Assembly: GCA_017553445.1 (NCBI GenBank)
Contig: JAFZMD010000091.1
Coordinates: forward strand, 12,164-76,163
DNA: 64,000 nt
DNA from: Methanobrevibacter sp.
GTDB lineage: Archaea > Methanobacteriota > Methanobacteria > Methanobacteriales > Methanobacteriaceae
Direction: 5' to 3'
Shown: piece after piece, positions 58,770 through 64,000 of the stretch
How positions within the stretch are numbered: the stretch's first letter is position 1
Layout: each line of letters begins with the position of its first letter
Translations under genes and position numbers: made by a program
Notes under the pieces: model-generated
Databases searched by the model: none
Told to the model about the DNA's origin: nothing
What the model saw: the letters and a program-made list of their open reading frames with translations, nothing else

Positions 58770-59777
58770 TTAATTTATTTTTGTATTGTCAATATCTTCA
58801 TTTATTCCCCATTTAAAGTATATTACTCCTTGAGCTCCATTATCAAAAGATAATTGACTATCCTTTAACAGGTCTTCTGTAGGTAATTTTGTAACATTGA
58901 AATCAGACTGATATGTTTGAAGGCCAACCCATACTTTTGCATTACCTGAATTTTTTACAATCCATTCTGTTGTATTTTTTACCCAGTTACTGTCTGCTGC
59001 ATAATTTCCTTTATACATCATAGGAACGATTACGTCAACATATTCTCCCATTTTTGGAATATCCTGACCATAATAGTATGTTGCATTTTCTTCAGGCATT
59101 ACAGTTGCTGAAACAGTCAATGATGGATTGACTTCTTTTACAGATTTTGTGAAGTTTTTGACAAATTCAGTTACTGCAGCGGTTCCATTTGGATCTTTAT
59201 AGGCATTTCCTTCATATCTTATATAATCCATTTGCAATCCGCTTACTCCTTCAAGACCAGCATAATATTTTGCTTCTTCAATTTTATAGTTGAAATAAGC
59301 GTTGTCTGGAGTTCCATTTTTAACCGGTGAAATCCAATTTCCTGTATTGAATATCTGCATCCAGATATGAACTTCTATTCCATGTTCATTAGCTTGTTTT
59401 ATCCATTCTAAAACATCTCTTTGACCATGGTCTGTAAAAGCATAGGAATTTAAAAATATGATATTTACTCCATTTTTGGAAAGTTTGTCAAAGTCGACTT
59501 TATCCATGTCTTCTGAACATACCCAATATCCGTATTTCTTACCTCCATTGAAGAAATCAAAAAGTCCAAAGAAATCAAAATCTTTTGAAACTGATTTTTT
59601 ATTAGGGTATAAGTCATTTAATTCGTGGTGATTTTCTGGCGGATGGTTTATATTATAAATATTGTTATTAACACTCATATTCTCAGGAACTATCTGATTA
59701 TCCGATGAATCAGCGTCAATTGCTGAAACTACAGCAACTGAAAAAACAAATGAAAGTGTTAATAAAACTATTAACAA
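58770..59777 (-). CDS. Secreted TIM-barrel glycoside-hydrolase-like protein (GHL/DUF4015-like)
   Basis: 335 aa. Signal peptide LIVLLTLSFVFSVAVVSA. GIEVHIWMQI, GLQMDYIRYEG, VIVPMMYK. Paralogous to the C-terminus of 19751-22564. The exact start is uncertain (TTG 59777, with no in-frame stop immediately upstream and AGGAGG at ~59796). Confidence 0.65.
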   Translation of the reverse strand: MLIVLLTLSFVFSVAVVSAIDADSSDNQIVPENMSVNNNIYNINHPPENHHELNDLYPNKKSVSKDFDFFGLFDFFNGGKKYGYWVCSEDMDKVDFDKLSKNGVNIIFLNSYAFTDHGQRDVLEWIKQANEHGIEVHIWMQIFNTGNWISPVKNGTPDNAYFNYKIEEAKYYAGLEGVSGLQMDYIRYEGNAYKDPNGTAAVTEFVKNFTKSVKEVNPSLTVSATVMPEENATYYYGQDIPKMGEYVDVIVPMMYKGNYAADSNWVKNTTEWIVKNSGNAKVWVGLQTYQSDFNVTKLPTEDLLKDSQLSFDNGAQGVIYFKWGINEDIDNTKIN

Positions 59778-59959
59778 TTTTTTATAAATAAATAGTCCTC
59801 CTATATTTCCCTTTTTTAGCCTATATTATTTCCTTTTTATTGATAATCTTTTATATGCTTTTTTATTTTTTCACCTATTTTCCATAAAAATATAGGTAAA
59901 AATATTATAATAATGAAAATTATATTAATACTATCATGTAATTCATGGGAGATTAAGTG

Positions 59960-62900
59960 ATGAAACACTTTAAGAAAATTGTATTATTCTTAATATTATT
60001 GGTAATTATAATTCCTGCATGCCATGCGAATGAAAACTTAACTTTGAATGATAATATTCCTTTATCAAGTGGAAACGATGAAGTTTCAATTTCAAATATC
60101 TATTTTGATGCATCTGCAACAATAGATGGAAATGGTAGTGAGGCCAGCCCTTATAATTATTTGGACTCTTCCAGATTGGCTGATAATAGTGTTGCTCACT
60201 TTGCTAATGGGGAATATTCTTTTGATGAAAACAAAAATTTCTATAATTTAACTATCATTGGTCAAGATTCAGTTAAAACAGTTATTAAAGGCAACTCATT
60301 TATTTTAACTTCTCAAAATACATTATCCATATCTAGTATCACTTTAAATAATTTGGAAATAATCAATCATAAGGATTTCACGGCTGTTCACGTAATCTTT
60401 GAAAATAATCCTGGTAGCTATAAAGGAAGTTACGGCAATGTTTTTGGTGGCGCAGTTTATTCCAATGCAGGCAATGTTTTAATTGATTCATCTACTTTTC
60501 GTAATAATAATGCTACTTATGGGGGAGCCATATATGCAACCAATACTAATTTAAGGATTATAAACTCTCATTTTGAAAATAACTATGCTTATAAGTACGG
60601 TGGAGCAATAGCTAGTGAAGATAATTCCGTTTTAACGGTAACAAATTCCATTTTTACTAAATGTTATACTTTAACTAATGCCGGTGGGGCAATTTATTCA
60701 AAAGAATCCACATTAGATGTTAAAAAATCTAATTTTACTTCATGCAATGCCACATTTGGGGCAGCAATCTGTGATTTAAAATCCAATTCAACTATCGATT
60801 CAATCATCGCTTCAAGCAATTTTGCTGATTATCAGGGTGGAGCCATTTATAAGATGTATGGAAAAATTACTATAAAGTCATCTTCATTCAGTTCAAACAG
60901 GGCATTGGGTGGTGGAGCAATTTTTATAGACAATTCTTCAGATGTTTCAATCAGCTCTTCAAAATTCAATTCAAATGTAGCTCAGTATGATGGTGGAGCT
61001 ATTTATACAATTTTAAATGAAAAAGAAAGTATTACATCAAATACTTATACCAATAACAAGGCGAATAATGGAAAAGACTATTATAAAAGCCCGGGATATA
61101 GTTTAGTCATTGGAAATAGCAATTATGCTCAATATTTGGGTGATTTTTCATTTAATGGAACGTTACCTTCAAAATATGACTTAAGAGATTATGGTCAAGT
61201 AACACCTATAAAACATCAAAAAAGTGGTGGAAATTGCTGGGCATTCACTTCCCTTTCAGTTTTAGAGTCCTGTATTTTAAAGGCTGGAGGTCCAAGTTTG
61301 GATTTATCTGAAGAAAACATGAAAAATGTAATGGCATATTACTCAGATTATGGTTGGAATTTAGCAACCAATAAGGGAGGATATGATGATATGGGTGTTG
61401 GTTATCTTGCAAGCTGGCTAGGTGCTGTAGAAGAAGATTTAGAAACATTCAGCGACCATACTGTATTGTCACCTGTTTTAAACAGCACAATTCATGTTCA
61501 AAATGTTATTTATTTAACACGTGAGAATTACACTGACAATAATGCAATTAAAGAGGCCTTGATTAAATATGGTGCTGCAGCAACCGGAATTTATTATTCA
61601 GGATCATACTTTAAATCAAATAGCTATTATTATTCAGGATCTTCTGGCCAAAATCATGCTGTTGTAATCGTTGGTTGGGATGACAATTACTCCAAAAACA
61701 ATTTCAGGACAGCACCTCCTGGTGATGGGGCTTGGATTTGTAGAAACAGTTGGGGTGAAACATGGGGTGATAAGGGTTATTTCTATGTTTCATATTATGA
61801 TACAAGATGTACTAGAGTAGGAGCTTATGATAAGTCCACATACACAATTATTTTAAACGACACCATACATTATGACAAAAACTATCAATACGACATTATT
61901 GGAATTACTGATTATTTAATAACAGGCAACAGTACCATGTGGTATGAAAATATATTCAATGCAACACAGGATGAGGTATTGACTGCATTTTCAACATATT
62001 TCAACTCTACTACAAGTTGGAATGCTCAAGTTTATGTGAATAATAAATTGATGTTGATTCAAGATGGTGTTGTCAATGCAGGTTATTATACTTTTAATTT
62101 AGATAAATATATTCCTTTAACTGCTGGTGACACATTTAAAATTGTAATCAAAATTTCAGCAGATAAATATGCATCAGTCCCCGTTTCTGAAAAAATAAGA
62201 TCAAATAGAGTTCTTTATCCGAAAGGTGTATCATTCTTTAGTTTAGATGGTAATAATTGGATTGATTTATATGATTATAAGGCCAATATGACTGAATATG
62301 GTCATATTTATGAGTCACAAGTAGCATGTATTAAGGCATTCACTTCCAGAAACATTAATTCCCATATCGTTTTAAGCAATCCTTCACTAATAGCTGTCAA
62401 TGCACCTTTTAATATCACGGCCAAAGTTACAGATGATTATGGTAATTTAATTAATTATGGTAATGTTAATTTTATAGTTAATTCAAAAACTTATACTGTT
62501 CCTGTTGTAGATGGAAAAGCAATATTAACAACTAAATTTAATTCAAAAGGAAATTATCTAATCCAAGCGAATTATAATGGTAGTCCTATTTATTTAAATT
62601 CATCCACATCAAAAACGATTAATGTCAATATCACGAAAGCCGATTTAACTTTACACATTTCAGATATTGAATATGGAAATAAATTCGTTATAGAAAATAC
62701 ATTAACTAGCGATGGCTTGAAAATTACTACAAATGTCGATGTTAAAATTGGGACTAAAACCTATACTGTTCCATCCAATAGTCAAACTGTCATCGATGAT
62801 ATTTTAAAGCCTGGCAATTACACCGCTGATGGAAAGTGTTCCAATATTGCTAGTGCAAGCACAACATTCAGAGTTAATAAAGCTTCATTGACTATGGGTT

Positions 62901-64000
62901 TAAATATTTTAAAAACTGATGTTGATGCAGTAAAAATTACTGTAAAGCTTTCTAAATCTATTAATGGGACAGTTCAAATAAAAGTCAATTCAAAATCTTA
63001 TAATGTTAAGGCAAACAATGGAATTGCAACTTTAGAATTATCTGACTTGGATTATGGATCATATAATGTGGAATCTTCATTTTCAAGTGATTGTTATCAA
63101 AGTGCTTATGCAAAGGCCAGCTTCACAATTGATGTTATTAGGACTAATTTGGATGCAGATAATCTAGTAATGTATTATCACGATAAGTCAAGGTTTTATG
63201 TTACACTAAAAGATAAAAATAATAATCCTTTGGCTAATCAGAATATAACAATCACACTTAATGGTGTTAAAAACAAAAAAACGACAGATAAGGATGGTTC
63301 TGTATCTATTGCAATTAATTTAAATAGTGGTAAATATCCGGTTCATGTTGATTATTCAGGAACGGATGTTTATTTGAATTCTTCAATATCAAGAGATATA
63401 ACAGTTAAATCAACTATCATATCATCTGATGTTGTTAAATATTACAAAAATGGAACCCAATTTTATGCGACTATTCTGGATTATAATGGCAATAAAGTAT
63501 CTAATACTAATGTAGAAATGAATATCAACGGTGTATTTTATAAAAGATCGACAGATTCTAATGGTGTTGTTAAATTAACTATCAATTTACCGCCTGATTC
63601 ATATATATTAACAGTATCTAATCCAGTTACGGGTGAGAATGCAGCCAATAACATAACGGTTCTTTCAAGATTTGTTGAAAATAATGATCTGGTAAAATAT
63701 TATAAAAATGCATCAAAATACTCTGTAAAACTATTGGATGAAAAAGGTTCTCCATTATCTGGGGTTAATGTTAAATTTAATATTAATGGTGTATTTTATA
63801 GTCGCGCAACTGATTCAAATGGTGTTGCAAGTTTGGCCATTAATCTTGCACCGGGAAATTACATTATCACTGCAGAATATGATGGATTTAAAGTATCCAA
63901 TAATATTAAAGTTTTAAATGTTATCAAAACAAATGATATTGTCATGTCTTATAGGGATGGAACTAGGTTTAAGGCAACGATTTTGGATGGTAAAGGCAAT
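59960..64000 (+). CDS. Adhesin-like protein with beta-helix region, papain-like (C1) cysteine peptidase domain and beta-sandwich repeats; C-terminus beyond window
   Basis: ATG 59960 gives MKHFKKIVLFLILLVIIIPACHA. GGAIY/GGAVY beta-helix turns. Peptidase motifs QKSGGNCWAFTS (Cys codon 61235-61237), QNHAVVIVGWDD (His codon 61655-61657), WICRNSWGETWGDKGYFYVSY (Asn codon 61745-61747). Then KYYKNGTQFYA...NINGVFYKRSTDSNG repeats. The frame is open to 64000, which is why it is not in the ORF track. Confidence 0.85.
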   Translation, partial: MKHFKKIVLFLILLVIIIPACHANENLTLNDNIPLSSGNDEVSISNIYFDASATIDGNGSEASPYNYLDSSRLADNSVAHFANGEYSFDENKNFYNLTIIGQDSVKTVIKGNSFILTSQNTLSISSITLNNLEIINHKDFTAVHVIFENNPGSYKGSYGNVFGGAVYSNAGNVLIDSSTFRNNNATYGGAIYATNTNLRIINSHFENNYAYKYGGAIASEDNSVLTVTNSIFTKCYTLTNAGGAIYSKESTLDVKKSNFTSCNATFGAAICDLKSNSTIDSIIASSNFADYQGGAIYKMYGKITIKSSSFSSNRALGGGAIFIDNSSDVSISSSKFNSNVAQYDGGAIYTILNEKESITSNTYTNNKANNGKDYYKSPGYSLVIGNSNYAQYLGDFSFNGTLPSKYDLRDYGQVTPIKHQKSGGNCWAFTSLSVLESCILKAGGPSLDLSEENMKNVMAYYSDYGWNLATNKGGYDDMGVGYLASWLGAVEEDLETFSDHTVLSPVLNSTIHVQNVIYLTRENYTDNNAIKEALIKYGAAATGIYYSGSYFKSNSYYYSGSSGQNHAVVIVGWDDNYSKNNFRTAPPGDGAWICRNSWGETWGDKGYFYVSYYDTRCTRVGAYDKSTYTIILNDTIHYDKNYQYDIIGITDYLITGNSTMWYENIFNATQDEVLTAFSTYFNSTTSWNAQVYVNNKLMLIQDGVVNAGYYTFNLDKYIPLTAGDTFKIVIKISADKYASVPVSEKIRSNRVLYPKGVSFFSLDGNNWIDLYDYKANMTEYGHIYESQVACIKAFTSRNINSHIVLSNPSLIAVNAPFNITAKVTDDYGNLINYGNVNFIVNSKTYTVPVVDGKAILTTKFNSKGNYLIQANYNGSPIYLNSSTSKTINVNITKADLTLHISDIEYGNKFVIENTLTSDGLKITTNVDVKIGTKTYTVPSNSQTVIDDILKPGNYTADGKCSNIASASTTFRVNKASLTMGLNILKTDVDAVKITVKLSKSINGTVQIKVNSKSYNVKANNGIATLELSDLDYGSYNVESSFSSDCYQSAYAKASFTIDVIRTNLDADNLVMYYHDKSRFYVTLKDKNNNPLANQNITITLNGVKNKKTTDKDGSVSIAINLNSGKYPVHVDYSGTDVYLNSSISRDITVKSTIISSDVVKYYKNGTQFYATILDYNGNKVSNTNVEMNINGVFYKRSTDSNGVVKLTINLPPDSYILTVSNPVTGENAANNITVLSRFVENNDLVKYYKNASKYSVKLLDEKGSPLSGVNVKFNINGVFYSRATDSNGVASLAINLAPGNYIITAEYDGFKVSNNIKVLNVIKTNDIVMSYRDGTRFKATILDGKGN

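Noticed and set aside
1-64000. Integrated plasmid or provirus origin for the par cassette; other mobile elements, tRNA or rRNA genes
   Set aside because: No integrase, transposase, rep gene, flanking direct repeats or tRNA target were seen. The neighbours are housekeeping genes. No tRNA-like or rRNA-like sequence was noticed, but this was a by-eye scan only.

Overview
Strongly AT-rich euryarchaeal chromosome segment. By gene content it is from a methanogen of the Methanobacteriales, Methanobrevibacter-like. Supporting genes are an archaeal histone, Alba, Orc1/Cdc6, the PolD small subunit, thiol:fumarate reductase TfrA-type flavoprotein, an archaeal CTP-type riboflavin kinase and scattered anaerobic cobamide/F430-type tetrapyrrole genes (cbiB, cbiG, cbiH, two cbiX-type chelatases, a CbiA/CobQ-like amidotransferase). 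There are also four large secreted adhesin-like repeat proteins. Two of these run off the window ends, so they are missing from the supplied ORF track (1-5000 minus strand; 59960-64000 plus strand). I support 52 CDS plus several non-coding elements. I recognised no rRNA, tRNA, CRISPR array, transposase or integrase. The main observations worth a second look are listed here. (1) A ParA ATPase is coupled to a minimal ParB-like protein (ParB N-terminal peptide, polyacidic linker, predicted ribbon-helix-helix). Upstream lies a ~450-bp field of direct repeats built from more than 20 AAGTTA hexamers. This candidate centromere/partition cassette sits about 25 kb from the origin. (2) A clear FMN riboswitch aptamer lies in front of an archaeal-looking ribB, which is unusual for Archaea. 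(3) The cdc6-adjacent replication origin has inverted ORB-like elements flanking an AT-rich unwinding region. (4) A CbiA/CobQ-type amidotransferase has its two domains in reversed order. (5) A tandem-fused CbiX lies next to a small CbiX, both with His-rich inserts. (6) Two overlapping type IV pilin-like genes encode Cys-rich globular domains. (7) A minus-strand surface-glycan cluster carries three paralogous GT-C-like (DUF2142-like) membrane proteins, an acyltransferase, GtrA and a secreted TIM-barrel hydrolase-like protein. (8) An orphan radical SAM 'DNA modification/repair' gene and an orphan 51-aa RHH gene are present; the RHH gene falls below the ORF-track cutoff. All functional calls come from reading motifs in the translations and recall of family signatures. 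No database search or RNA or protein structure computation was possible.
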